A program made the translations under genes and the position numbers. The notes under the pieces were generated by a model. It saw only the letters and a list, made by a program, of their open reading frames with translations, had not been told where the DNA came from and searched no databases. Shown here piece by piece: positions 46,274-56,037 of a stretch of DNA of 61,725 bases (position 1 is the first letter of the stretch; the number at the start of each line of letters is the position of its first letter). Where the stretch lies: positions 1-61,725 of IMG/VR virus record IMGVR_UViG_3300030376_007782. The stretch is one strand, 5' to 3'. This DNA is from a virus. Lineage: Duplodnaviria > Caudoviricetes.

Positions 46274-47799
46274 TAGTACTCAACCGAGAATTGGCCTCGT
46301 TTTTGGAGGAAAGTCATAAGCCAGACATAAGCATCTAGCAAATCATCATGACTAGTTGCGCCAATGTTGATCAGCTGGTCAATTAGTGCTTCGAACTTGC
46401 GGTACTTGTTGAAGGTTACTTTTTTGTTTTCCAAGAGACCTAAGGTACCTCTGAATCTGGCGATCTTGTCCCCTCTAAACCCTTTTACCTCGTGAACATG
46501 GAGGTTATGTAAGCCACGCTCGTTCAACAAAACTCTTCGTATGTCAGCAGCAAGGCTAGCTTGATAAGCCACAGCTTCAACTACGAGCGTCACAGTTGAA
46601 TATGTAGGGAAATACTCTCCGTCTTGTAGCGCCAAAATGCCCCACTCCACCAACATGTCACAGAGAAGATCAATTTTTTCCAAATTCCCAATTGAACGAA
46701 CCTGATGAGCGTCCACGATGTAGTAGTCGTCTTTCAGTCTTCCGCCTAACACAAACGCTGTGTAGTCAGATGTCTCGTTCTTACTAGCAGAGAGGTCTAT
46801 ACCTACAGCTAGAGAATCAAACTCAGTAGCCACTTCTCCTTTGATAATAAGGTCAGGAGACAACACCAAATCAGAAGACATAACTGCCTGCTGTTGGTAC
46901 TGATAAGCAAACGCAACAGGATCTAATTCTTTCTGTTGTAGTAAATAGGTTGCAGACCACTGACTAGGCCAGTAACTGACAGGATCACCATCATTGTCGT
47001 AAGTAATCGCTTCTTGTGAAACCTGCTTCCATCCCTTCTGAGGGGTAAACATAGTTTTATGGATATCCAACGGATGGAACCGTGTTCCTAGACATATCGA
47101 ACGACCACCTTCAAAAACAATCGGTGCGATGACGCTTGACCAGTTGTTGTTCATTTCCTCCCTAATCGCAGGGTTTTTAATGTCTGCACTGGATTTAATA
47201 GGGTCATCCACGATGACAAGGTGAGCACGTTTGGATGTAATCGAACCCCTTAGCCCAGCAGCACGAAGAGTAAACTCCTCGTCACCCACTCGATTGATTC
47301 CTGCATAGTCAAAATCAATCGACCAACCAACATCACTCTGCATACCCTGGCGAAGCTGCACTCGCGGAAAAATTTTCCTGAAAGTAGCTGAGTCAATGAT
47401 CTGTTTAATAATCCGACTTTTAGGGATGGCAGTGTTGATGTTGTATGAGCAGTAGATAATCTGAAGCGGTCTTTTCTGTGTAGTGTGGCGACCGATCACC
47501 CACGCGGTAAACAAGTTTAGAACCGTACTTTTTGCAGAACCACGAGGAGCAAGAATATCAAGGTTGGGTCCAGCTATATCCAACAGATATTTATTCGATT
47601 CACCAGTTACAAGATGCTTGTGCCACTCCAGCATATGCTGTGCTGGTGGTTTATCTAGAACAGTGCAAAAAGTAAGAAAATCATCCTGTGCTCTAGAAAA
47701 CACATTATCTACACCAAGACTATCTTCATCGGTATCTACAGCGCGTTGAGCTTTTAACCGTAAAGCTCTCCTATACGCAAAAGTTTCTCTACTCGGCAT
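46273..47799 (-). CDS. terL: terminase large subunit
   Basis: LAPRGSAKST, GSITSKRAHLVIVDDP, LGTRFHPLD, GIDLS...SDYTA, HDDLLDA; start set at ATG 47799. Confidence 0.92.
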   Translation of the reverse strand: MPSRETFAYRRALRLKAQRAVDTDEDSLGVDNVFSRAQDDFLTFCTVLDKPPAQHMLEWHKHLVTGESNKYLLDIAGPNLDILAPRGSAKSTVLNLFTAWVIGRHTTQKRPLQIIYCSYNINTAIPKSRIIKQIIDSATFRKIFPRVQLRQGMQSDVGWSIDFDYAGINRVGDEEFTLRAAGLRGSITSKRAHLVIVDDPIKSSADIKNPAIREEMNNNWSSVIAPIVFEGGRSICLGTRFHPLDIHKTMFTPQKGWKQVSQEAITYDNDGDPVSYWPSQWSATYLLQQKELDPVAFAYQYQQQAVMSSDLVLSPDLIIKGEVATEFDSLAVGIDLSASKNETSDYTAFVLGGRLKDDYYIVDAHQVRSIGNLEKIDLLCDMLVEWGILALQDGEYFPTYSTVTLVVEAVAYQASLAADIRRVLLNERGLHNLHVHEVKGFRGDKIARFRGTLGLLENKKVTFNKYRKFEALIDQLINIGATSHDDLLDAYVWLMTFLQKRGQFSVEY

Positions 47800-47843
47800 A
47801 TCTAAAAACTGTCTGTATAGTGTTAGAAAGATTCTACTTCTGT

Positions 47844-49016
47844 ATGGCCAAAATTCTCTGGTACGGAGATGCAGTTTCTCATACGGGTTTTGCACGTGTA
47901 ACCCATAGTCTTTTAGAGCACCTCAGCAAAAACCATGAAGTTGTAGTGTTCGGTATTAACTATAACGGAGATCCGCACCCCTACGATTTTAAAATCTACC
48001 CTGCAGCAGGAGTCCATCCTGGTGACCGTTTTGGTTTAGCTCGTCTACCTTCAGTTGTCGAAGAAGAAAAACCTGACTTTATCATCGCTTTAAACGATAT
48101 CTGGATGATCAATCAGGTGTGGGAGAAAATCCACTTCTTGCAATCGACTCTGGGTTTTAAGTTCATACCTTACTTCCCTATTGATTCTGAGCGGTATGTA
48201 GATTCTATGCTTAGGTATGTGAAGGACTGGGATTTCTCAGTCACCTTCACAGTCCAGCAAGCTCAACGAATCCAAAATCATAACGTCGAACCGAAGATGT
48301 TGGGAGTTCTCCCTCACGGAATTGACGCAGATAAGTTTTATCCCATGGATCAAAAAGAAGCTCGAAAAAAACTGAGTCTTCCTACAGATAAGTTCATCGT
48401 TTTAAACGCTAATCGCAACCAACCTCGCAAACGAATTGACCTAACAATCAAGGCATTTGCTGAGTTTGCAAAGGACAAGCCAGACACCATGCTCTATCTA
48501 CATATGAGTGAGAAGGATTTGGGATGGGGTATTCGTGAAATCTTTGACTCAGAAATGAAACGACGAGATCTGGACCCAACAAATCGGTTGATCATGACTG
48601 CACGGAACATCAACTATATGGCTCCCCCTACCGATGAAACGCTAAACTTAATCTATAACTCTTGTGACGTTGGTATAAATACAGCAGATGGAGAGGGTTG
48701 GGGACTAGTGCCCTTTGAACATGCGTCATGTAGAAAAGCACAAGTGGTTCCTGACCACACGTCGTGCCGAGATATTTGGCGTGGAAGCGGATGTCTAATC
48801 GATGTCGCGGCTTGGGTTAGGGATAAAGATCTCAGCGTAGAAAGAGGAATTATCGACGTTACTTCTGCCGTCGATCATCTCAATAAGCTTTATCACGACA
48901 AAGCATATAGAGACGAAGTAGCCGAAGAGTGTTACGAAGTTACGCAGAACCCCAGCTACCGCTGGGATCGAATTGCGCTCGGATTTGAAAAAGCAATGGA
49001 GGATCTGTCCAAATGA
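47844..49016 (+). CDS. glycosyltransferase family 4 (GT-B)
   Basis: TGFARVT, LPHGID, NANRNQPRKRID, GEGWGLVPFEHASC; start set at ATG 47844. Confidence 0.9.
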   Translation: MAKILWYGDAVSHTGFARVTHSLLEHLSKNHEVVVFGINYNGDPHPYDFKIYPAAGVHPGDRFGLARLPSVVEEEKPDFIIALNDIWMINQVWEKIHFLQSTLGFKFIPYFPIDSERYVDSMLRYVKDWDFSVTFTVQQAQRIQNHNVEPKMLGVLPHGIDADKFYPMDQKEARKKLSLPTDKFIVLNANRNQPRKRIDLTIKAFAEFAKDKPDTMLYLHMSEKDLGWGIREIFDSEMKRRDLDPTNRLIMTARNINYMAPPTDETLNLIYNSCDVGINTADGEGWGLVPFEHASCRKAQVVPDHTSCRDIWRGSGCLIDVAAWVRDKDLSVERGIIDVTSAVDHLNKLYHDKAYRDEVAEECYEVTQNPSYRWDRIALGFEKAMEDLSK

Positions 49017-50101
49017 GTACTCAGCACATTCGATACCACGCCTCGATGAGTAGTGTGTGTTACCCATCTAGAGTGCGTATGTATAAACACGGAGGACCCT
49101 GTGTTTATCAGCAAGCTGAAGATCTTGGAGGTGTATTCACCAGAATTAACCGAGGACTTCCTTTCCGTTCGGTAGCTAACTTTAGTCCTTGTTTATTCGA
49201 TCACGACGGTCACCAACTCATCGCGTGGCGGTCGCAGCCAGAACCATTTGTGTTCCGGCACGACATGAAGTACTTCTACTACAACAGTGTTCCTACAGAT
49301 GTCTATGTAGGTGAACTGATTGGTGACGACACAATTGTGGGAGCCAAGAAAATAAGAAACAACCCTCACAAACTCAGTTACGAAGATCCGAGGTTGTTTC
49401 ATGACTCACAGGGAAACCTGATGTGTCAATTCATTACCAGCGCTTACGCTTCCCGCTGGGATAACACCACTCATAAAATGGCAAAAAATCCCAAAGTTTG
49501 CGTAGGAGAAATCGATCGTTTCGGTAAATGTATAAATGCTTTCTACCCTGAGATTGGGTTAAATCATGTAGATGGTGGTTCAGAAAAAAACTGGTGCTTC
49601 TTCAGAGACGACGACAAAACTCGTCTCCTTTATTCGACTGTACCGATTGTCATAAAGACACCGGGAGAAAAAGAAAAGAGGATCGATTCTTCAGTACTAC
49701 AAAAAGTAACTGGAGAATTCCCCACTTTTAATTCCACAGCTCCAGTCAAGATTGGAGATGAGTGGCTTGTCTTTTACCACTTCAAGTTCATGGGTAGGGT
49801 CCCAGATCACGAACAACCAATTTTATTCTATGGATTGAGTTGCTATACGCTAGATGATAATCTCAGCAAGATCGTGCGGTACATGCCTGAGGTGCTGTTT
49901 GAGGGATCTATGGAAGATGAGCTAATTACGTGGACTGACGTTCAAGGGAATCCAGTCTCCAAGCAACCAGCTTGTATTCTTCCCTTCGGAGCCACGGTAA
50001 AAGAAGACGTTCTTAGTCTCTCCCTTGGAGTAAACGACTCCTTTATGGGTGTCTTTCGAGTGGGGTTGAATAATTTACTTTCTTTGATGAATAAGATTTA
50101 A
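49013..50101 (+). CDS. five-bladed beta-propeller glycosidase/phosphorylase-like protein (GH130-like)
   Basis: NFSPCL, SYEDPRLF, EKNWCFF, CILPFGA...LSLGVND. Confidence 0.65.
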   Translation: MSTQHIRYHASMSSVCYPSRVRMYKHGGPCVYQQAEDLGGVFTRINRGLPFRSVANFSPCLFDHDGHQLIAWRSQPEPFVFRHDMKYFYYNSVPTDVYVGELIGDDTIVGAKKIRNNPHKLSYEDPRLFHDSQGNLMCQFITSAYASRWDNTTHKMAKNPKVCVGEIDRFGKCINAFYPEIGLNHVDGGSEKNWCFFRDDDKTRLLYSTVPIVIKTPGEKEKRIDSSVLQKVTGEFPTFNSTAPVKIGDEWLVFYHFKFMGRVPDHEQPILFYGLSCYTLDDNLSKIVRYMPEVLFEGSMEDELITWTDVQGNPVSKQPACILPFGATVKEDVLSLSLGVNDSFMGVFRVGLNNLLSLMNKI

Positions 50102-50631
50102 CTCTTTTCTTCTCGTTCGATAGTGCCCCAAATGACGAGTGATGCTTCTTCAAGCAAAGCCATCATCGCGGGCACATCTTCAAAAGTGTTATTTAATTCC
50201 CGAAGACAACGATCAGCGCCAGCCAGTAAAAGTCCACGACGATCAACTCCATCAGTGAGTTGTCTTACGGCTTGGATGTGGGATCTAAGTTCTTTTTGAA
50301 GAACGGAAATTTTAGTAGCAGCAGTGGCATGATCAAGCATCCCAGTCAAAGTCATTTGACGGACATTCCCGATGTCTACTTTTAGTGAATCAATCTCAAT
50401 CAATAAGATTTTCCTGAGATCCTCTTTAGGGTATTTTTCTTGTACGTATGCGGTTAAATCAGAGATTGACCCTGCGTATCCCGGTTGAAGAAAACGAGAG
50501 TACAGGAATGCCTCAATATCACTAACGCAATTCTTGCAGTAGAACTTAAATGCGTCTTTTTGAGTTTTGTCGAGAGTATCTAACCACGCGCCAACTGTAG
50601 TTGAGTCACCAATAACACTAGTGCCGATCAT
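50098..50631 (-). CDS. helical hypothetical protein (terminase small subunit candidate)
   Basis: 177 aa, all-alpha; functional guess is inference only. Confidence 0.5.
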   Translation of the reverse strand: MIGTSVIGDSTTVGAWLDTLDKTQKDAFKFYCKNCVSDIEAFLYSRFLQPGYAGSISDLTAYVQEKYPKEDLRKILLIEIDSLKVDIGNVRQMTLTGMLDHATAATKISVLQKELRSHIQAVRQLTDGVDRRGLLLAGADRCLRELNNTFEDVPAMMALLEEASLVIWGTIEREEKS

Positions 50632-51386
50632 GCAAAACTTCTCGTTCCTGCTAGCGCCATGTTAGTTCCTTGACGACGCAGTGCCATCTGGCGTTTACCT
50701 TCAGCTTGAATTCTTGCCAACGAACCTAGATCTTTTACTTCCTGCATCTTGATGTTGTTGTTTAACTGCTGAGAATTTAGAGCCATTTGTCCTTTCGTGT
50801 TGGCTCGAGTATCAAAGACATCACCGATAGTGTACGCCTGATCAAGAGCAGCCTTTAGCTTGCCCGTTTCTTCTGCATTTCTCAAATCTATATTGGTTTG
50901 GCCAGCTGACTTAGCCAGTTCGTTTTCACCAGCTAAAACTGCGCTACCAGCTTCGTAGGTGAACTGAGGATTAAGTAGCTCAGTTTGTAGACGAGCATCA
51001 GCAGTGTTCCCAAGAAGTTTGATCCCACGGTCGGTCAAGCCTGAAGCCTCTCCTCCAAGTAGACCTGTGGCAGACTGTGATCGATTAGCAGCTTCAGCAA
51101 GTTGTGTAAGTTGGCCACTACTAATAAGATTACCTCGTTGGCCTAAGCTTCCTGCGTAAGCACCAGTCAAGGAAGCTAAACCTTGAGCAGCAGCAGTTAA
51201 AGGAGCATTAGCAGCTGCTGCAGCAGAAGCATACTGTTGCAAATAAAGAGCAGTGTTTGGGTCCATACCTCCACTACTACTCCCTCCGCCGCCGCCTCCA
51301 AAGAGACCGCCTAACATCTTGTCTGCACCAAAGCTACCAGCTGCCGATAAAGCACCTGTAGCCAATGCAGGTAAAATAGCAACCAT
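50628..51386 (-). CDS. putative DNA-ejection/internal virion protein
   Basis: Ala/Gly-rich hydrophobic N-term, poly-Gly, Q/A-rich helices. Confidence 0.6.
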   Translation of the reverse strand: MVAILPALATGALSAAGSFGADKMLGGLFGGGGGGSSSGGMDPNTALYLQQYASAAAAANAPLTAAAQGLASLTGAYAGSLGQRGNLISSGQLTQLAEAANRSQSATGLLGGEASGLTDRGIKLLGNTADARLQTELLNPQFTYEAGSAVLAGENELAKSAGQTNIDLRNAEETGKLKAALDQAYTIGDVFDTRANTKGQMALNSQQLNNNIKMQEVKDLGSLARIQAEGKRQMALRRQGTNMALAGTRSFA

Positions 51387-51392
51387 GATTAG

Positions 51393-52178
51393 TTAACGGC
51401 GAAGTGAACCAAGGACAGAAGCGCCTGGTACAAAAGAAGAGGCACCAGCCTGAACAATTGGTGAAAGAGCAGAAAGAGTAGCAGCGTTAGGGGTGCCAGC
51501 CTGGTAAGCAACCGACGCAAGCCCTAAAGCAATATCTTTGTTAGCTCTAATCGTCTCCTGCTCGATTGCTTTCCACGCATTAATGCGGGAGATGCTTTCT
51601 TCTCGTCTGCTTTTTTCTGCGGTTCTGCCTTCGATGCTCTCCAGCAGCTGCGCATTGAGTGCAAGCTTGGCGTCTCTTTGTCGGTCTGTAGCAGCTTGTA
51701 GATACTCTGGGGAGTTAACAGTCTCAAACTGTGCCCTCCGATCCTTCATTCCCTGAGTAATTGCCTCAAGGTAGCCATCTAAACTGGTCGGATCTGACAC
51801 CTGACCAGACTGAAACGCAGTAGTTCCACTAGGTGAGTTGTTGGTGTTCGCGTTGGGATCGCTAGCAGTGTTTGGAGATACAGGATTAACAGTAGAAGTG
51901 TTTGACTCATCTCCACCGCCTCCCATCAGTCCTGACACTAATAAAGCACCACCTGCACCACCGCCGATTAGACCAAGTCCTTTAAGAACATCTATTCCGC
52001 GATTTACTTGCTTCTCAGGTTGTACCAAGTTCTTTGCTTGTGAAAGCAACGCTCCCATTAAGTCATCAACTTGTTCTGGTCCTACCGCATTTCGAAGACC
52101 GGTAGCTACCTGAGCAGCACCCTTAGGATTTTTAAATGCTGCTTTTCCGAGTTCAGCACCTAATCGAGAAAAAGTCAT
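51393..52178 (-). CDS. putative DNA-ejection/internal virion protein
   Basis: Gly-rich TM-like segment; C-term FVPGASVL. Confidence 0.6.
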   Translation of the reverse strand: MTFSRLGAELGKAAFKNPKGAAQVATGLRNAVGPEQVDDLMGALLSQAKNLVQPEKQVNRGIDVLKGLGLIGGGAGGALLVSGLMGGGGDESNTSTVNPVSPNTASDPNANTNNSPSGTTAFQSGQVSDPTSLDGYLEAITQGMKDRRAQFETVNSPEYLQAATDRQRDAKLALNAQLLESIEGRTAEKSRREESISRINAWKAIEQETIRANKDIALGLASVAYQAGTPNAATLSALSPIVQAGASSFVPGASVLGSLRR

Positions 52179-52693
52179 CAGATTACCTGCCCTACAGCTG
52201 CATCTCCACTAATGTTAGCGTTGGAAAGGATGCTAGTAATAACTTCACCAAGAAGTTCATCACCAGACTTGGCTACATCGGCCACGCCTCGGGCAATAGC
52301 AGGGTTAGTCGCTGACATAACACCCAGTTCACCTAACGCGATTTCACCAGTACGAGTTTCTCTTAGTGCTTCTAAGTTCTTTTCGCGTGCGTTATCAATT
52401 AGTTCTCGTGGATTAATTTGATTACCTTCACTAAGTCCTGGAATCTGAAGGATTTTATCTAAAGCATTCTGAAGAAGTACTGACTGATAAATAGCTGCTT
52501 CTTGTGAAGGAGAAACAGTGTACTTACCAGCTGCAGTGTTCCCTGCCTGAAGTGCTTGGTTAGGAGAAGCAACAGCAGATTGAACCCCACCTAGAGCGGG
52601 ACCAATCAAGTCCTTCAGTAGAGCAAACGCAGCAGCAGTTTTAACACCTGAACCGATAGCGCCACCGGCCATAGGTAGTAGTCCAGCAGCCAT
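52178..52693 (-). CDS. putative internal virion protein
   Basis: Ala/Gly-rich, stop/start-coupled in operon. Confidence 0.55.
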   Translation of the reverse strand: MAAGLLPMAGGAIGSGVKTAAAFALLKDLIGPALGGVQSAVASPNQALQAGNTAAGKYTVSPSQEAAIYQSVLLQNALDKILQIPGLSEGNQINPRELIDNAREKNLEALRETRTGEIALGELGVMSATNPAIARGVADVAKSGDELLGEVITSILSNANISGDAAVGQVI

Positions 52694-52926
52694 TAGAAAC
52701 CTCCAGGATTGTCGTAAGTGGTGCCTTGGCGAGGCTTCTTCATATATTTTAGACTATTCCCTTCTTCTTGAGACAGTAGATTCATTCCTTCTTTTTGTCT
52801 AGAAGACGGATGTGCTCCGGTCTCAATAAAGTTAGATGCCAAGTAGCGACGAAGAAACTCACCAGGACTAACAACTGGTGCGTCTCTTCTTACGTCTCGT
52901 TCGCGTAATGCAGTAGCGCGGTTCAT
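52693..52926 (-). CDS. hypothetical protein
   Basis: 77-aa coupled ORF. Confidence 0.55.
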   Translation of the reverse strand: MNRATALRERDVRRDAPVVSPGEFLRRYLASNFIETGAHPSSRQKEGMNLLSQEEGNSLKYMKKPRQGTTYDNPGGF

Positions 52927-52927
52927 T

Positions 52928-53434
52928 TCAACTGAGCTGTTGGAACTGAACAGAAGGAGGGATCATGTTGCTGCCAGGAGCGTTCAACATGGAGTAGTTA
53001 TCACCAAGGTTGGGGTAATCACACTCAGCAGGTCTCTGTGAAGAGAGATGATCCATGTGCTGTTCTTGGTTTGACTTGATGTAAGCCAGCAGCTGCATAA
53101 TTGCGTCCACAGCTTCAGGCTGATCGCCCACCATCTCTAGCAACTGAAGGACTTCTGGGTCCAACTCAGGCGTTGCGTCGGTACGCATCCTGGAAGCCAG
53201 GTACTGACGCTCCATCGGGTGGTTGTTGTCGGGGTACCCGTTCAAAGAGTGAGTGGCACCAGTGTTTTGCATACCCTGGTTTTCCATCCCTGGCGGAGGA
53301 GGAGTGCCACCACGGCCAAACTCACGCAGTACCATAGCGACCATGGGTGCAGCAGCCGCTCTTTCCGCATCATTCTGAGGGATTGGTGCGCCTAAGGCAC
53401 GAGCTGCTAGTTCGTATTCAGCAGGAGAAAACAC
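52928..53434 (-). CDS. hypothetical protein
   Basis: 168-aa ORF, GTG start. Confidence 0.6.
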   Translation of the reverse strand: MFSPAEYELAARALGAPIPQNDAERAAAAPMVAMVLREFGRGGTPPPPGMENQGMQNTGATHSLNGYPDNNHPMERQYLASRMRTDATPELDPEVLQLLEMVGDQPEAVDAIMQLLAYIKSNQEQHMDHLSSQRPAECDYPNLGDNYSMLNAPGSNMIPPSVQFQQLS

Positions 53435-53696
53435 CAGACCCCATTACAACTTCTCCTTCCATCATACCTTTAATAAACAAAAGGTCGCCAGGTTGACACT
53501 CAAGTGACAAACAGATCTTCTCTAGAACATCAGGAGAAGGAATATACTTTTCGTCAGTATATATCTTGCGTGTGGTTGTAGGAGACAGGTCTGCTGCCTT
53601 ACTCAACGCAAACGATGAGAGCTTTTTACCCTCCAACAGACTCTTAAGGTTGTTGAACAGTTTGCCTTGGGTGGGGTATGAAGAGTAGAAAGGCAT
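53418..53696 (-). CDS. Cro/C1-type HTH transcriptional regulator
   Basis: LKSLLEGKKLSSFALSKAADLSPTT...LEKICLSLECQPGDLL. Confidence 0.85.
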   Translation of the reverse strand: MPFYSSYPTQGKLFNNLKSLLEGKKLSSFALSKAADLSPTTTRKIYTDEKYIPSPDVLEKICLSLECQPGDLLFIKGMMEGEVVMGSGVFSC

Positions 53697-53701
53697 TAAC
53701 C

Positions 53702-54385
53702 TCAGTGCAAGAACTTGAAACCTTCAGAGATATCGACTAGTCCGGTCCCAGTAAAGTGACCGAAACTAGTGAGATCAATTTTGGGGCTCTCAATACGACG
53801 CCAGTTGAGAAGTTCGCTAGTAAAGCGAATGTCATCAAGAAGCATGTACCTAGTTTTGTTCTCCATATTAAGCGTAGAAAGCAAAGAGTAAAACTTTTCT
53901 TCAAACACTCCATCTTTGCAAGCGTCGACCATGATGAAATCTGCTTGCTGTAGCAAAGCAGAGAACTTCTGAAAGTTGTCAGGTTCTGTGAGGTCAGCTA
54001 AGTGCTGCGTTAAACGACCTCCATTCTCTACAAAATCGCCTTTTTCTAGAAATGTTTTTTCGAACTCATGCCATGGCGTTAAATCAAAAGTATGGACTTT
54101 TGCCTTCTTTGCGTAGTCGTACATAACACGAGTACCTGTACCCATGTGAGTGCCAATATCTACAATGCAGTCAGGACGAAGAGAAGTGAGAAGACCAGCC
54201 AAGAGGCGGTAATGATCACCAGGGAAGGCGTTAGCAAAAGGATTATCAATATGCGAAAGGTCTGTACCAGAAGCAATGGTAAGAGCTTGGCAGATTAGAC
54301 CATAGTCATCGAAAGACTGTGCTGCAGCGTCGTCATCTACCGAAAGAAGCTTGCTGTTAACAATGTGTCGAACAGTGTATGACAT
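53702..54385 (-). CDS. class I SAM-dependent methyltransferase
   Basis: IVDIGTHMGTG, FIMVDACKDG, LLDDI, GHFTGTGLV. Confidence 0.85.
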   Translation of the reverse strand: MSYTVRHIVNSKLLSVDDDAAAQSFDDYGLICQALTIASGTDLSHIDNPFANAFPGDHYRLLAGLLTSLRPDCIVDIGTHMGTGTRVMYDYAKKAKVHTFDLTPWHEFEKTFLEKGDFVENGGRLTQHLADLTEPDNFQKFSALLQQADFIMVDACKDGVFEEKFYSLLSTLNMENKTRYMLLDDIRFTSELLNWRRIESPKIDLTSFGHFTGTGLVDISEGFKFLH

Positions 54386-55155
54386 CAGAAACCTAGGTGC
54401 TTACGACGGACGAACTCTAGATCATAGGTAGTGAAGTCAACTGGCATTTCAGGGATGTTAAAAGGAGTCTTATAAGTCTCTCCATCTACATGTCCTTGCC
54501 ACGCCTCGTTCCATTTCAAATGCAAGTACTTCTTATTCATCTCGTGCGCCAGGTGGATTGAGCTTGCAATCTCAGGTTCAGACCGCCAAGTTTGACTGCC
54601 GTCGCTGTAGTCATCCTTTTTAGTGCCGTGGTAGTAGCCCTTACTAAGTTGCATGACACGCTTCATGTCGTCGTGAATGAACCTCATCCCATAATCCATG
54701 TCTTCGCAATAACCGGGATACAAGTTCTCATCAAAGAGACCGTACTTCTCAACAACCCAGTCCTTGAGAGCAAATATGTCCCAACCTCCGCCAGATCCGT
54801 GGACAATACCAACCATCTCGTCTTGTATTGCTGTGTGCATCTCCTCCAGGAAACCTGGCTCAAACATCACGTCATGATTAGATATAACCCAGTAAGGCTC
54901 CTTCATAAACGTCTTGATAATCAAGTTCCATGCACCTGAGCACCCTACGTTTGCAGGCATATGACAAACATGCACTTTTTTGACAAAAGGGTTGCTGATG
55001 TCATGTAGAGCATCCACTTCTTTAGTGATCTGACCTCTACCGTTGTTATTGAAGACAACAAAGTTATCTACTGGGTAATCGATCGAAAGATACAACCGAT
55101 GGAGCCAGTAAGGAGCGTTTACAATCGCAGTCCCAAGGACCGGAATCGAATCCAT
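54385..55155 (-). CDS. glycosyltransferase family 2-like
   Basis: NVGCSGAWN, ISNHDV, GLFDENLYPGYCEDMDY. Confidence 0.85.
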   Translation of the reverse strand: MDSIPVLGTAIVNAPYWLHRLYLSIDYPVDNFVVFNNNGRGQITKEVDALHDISNPFVKKVHVCHMPANVGCSGAWNLIIKTFMKEPYWVISNHDVMFEPGFLEEMHTAIQDEMVGIVHGSGGGWDIFALKDWVVEKYGLFDENLYPGYCEDMDYGMRFIHDDMKRVMQLSKGYYHGTKKDDYSDGSQTWRSEPEIASSIHLAHEMNKKYLHLKWNEAWQGHVDGETYKTPFNIPEMPVDFTTYDLEFVRRKHLGF

Positions 55156-55179
55156 AAAAACTGAAGCAGTATCAGTATA

Positions 55180-55554
55180 TTAGTGCTTAGTCTCGTAATT
55201 GAAACACCCTTCTGCTTCAAGAGACCCTGCTTCTGGGTAACCAAACCCACAGCCCTTCAGATCAAAGTGCTCACACGAGTAGCAGATCACATGCTTAGTC
55301 GATTGTTGTAGGTCGTTGGGAGCTGATGGAGAAATAAGGTTTCTCACGTCTCTCATAAGCCTACGAAGCTCGGCCAACTCATCGTAAGACAAACTAGGAA
55401 TCTCGTAGGTAGTTTCGCGATAATCGCAATGTTTGCAACTGTATCGACGTTTTTTTCCTTCGGGAACCATCCTTGTGTCGATTACTTTGAGTGATGCTTC
55501 GCCACACTTTGGACAGCAGCGACACCTAGTCGAAGGAATGGTTGTAATTGTCAT
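55180..55554 (-). CDS. NrdR-like zinc-ribbon protein
   Basis: CPKCG...KVIDTR...RRYSCKHCDYRETTYE; second Cys cluster at C-term. Confidence 0.75.
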   Translation of the reverse strand: MTITTIPSTRCRCCPKCGEASLKVIDTRMVPEGKKRRYSCKHCDYRETTYEIPSLSYDELAELRRLMRDVRNLISPSAPNDLQQSTKHVICYSCEHFDLKGCGFGYPEAGSLEAEGCFNYETKH

Positions 55555-55643
55555 TTTTTTTATGTGTCTGATCTCCGCTGTTGAGGCGGAGACAAATGTT
55601 AGTCGCTGGTGTCTCTGATGCAGGAGTGGTTTGCCTTTAGTGA

Positions 55644-55943
55644 TTATTTAGAACTTTCTTTCTGTACTCGAACCTTAGATGCGAGCCTGCAGTATGTCCT
55701 GTCGACCTTCTGCCCAGCCTCCATCATCTGCAGCATGCACTGATTCGTGTATCTGGCCTGTGTTTTGAATTGCTGGAGGTTGGTTGTAATCACAACACCA
55801 AAATAAATTAAAAACCCAAAAACAATGAATCCTGTGAAGTTGCCGACGACGGCATTGAGGATTTCAGGGGAACGCCAGATACCAACTAAGCGAACAAGGT
55901 CTGTGGAGTCAAAACGAATGCTGCCTTTCTTTTGATCCTTCAT
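55644..55943 (-). CDS. single-TM hypothetical protein
   Basis: ATG 55943 after ACAACAACAAAAACAAC leader; TM segment. Confidence 0.6.
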   Translation of the reverse strand: MKDQKKGSIRFDSTDLVRLVGIWRSPEILNAVVGNFTGFIVFGFLIYFGVVITTNLQQFKTQARYTNQCMLQMMEAGQKVDRTYCRLASKVRVQKESSK

Positions 55944-55966
55944 GTTGTTTTTGTTGTTGTACACAG

Positions 55967-56017
55967 AGCATACACTGTATTAGCACCTCTTGCAACCTTT
56001 GGTGTGAGTGCTAACAT
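55967..56017. promoter_or_regulatory. divergent promoter pair sharing a palindromic -35 (TTGCAA)
   Basis: Minus: TTGCAA-N17-TATGCT; plus: TTGCAA-N16-TAACAT with TG extension. Confidence 0.55.
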
Positions 56018-56037
56018 GCTGGAAATGCGGAGTCTCA

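Noticed and set aside
46273-47799. Intein or intron in terminase, thyX, MCP or primase
   Set aside because: Motifs are contiguous and lengths normal; the HNH genes are free-standing
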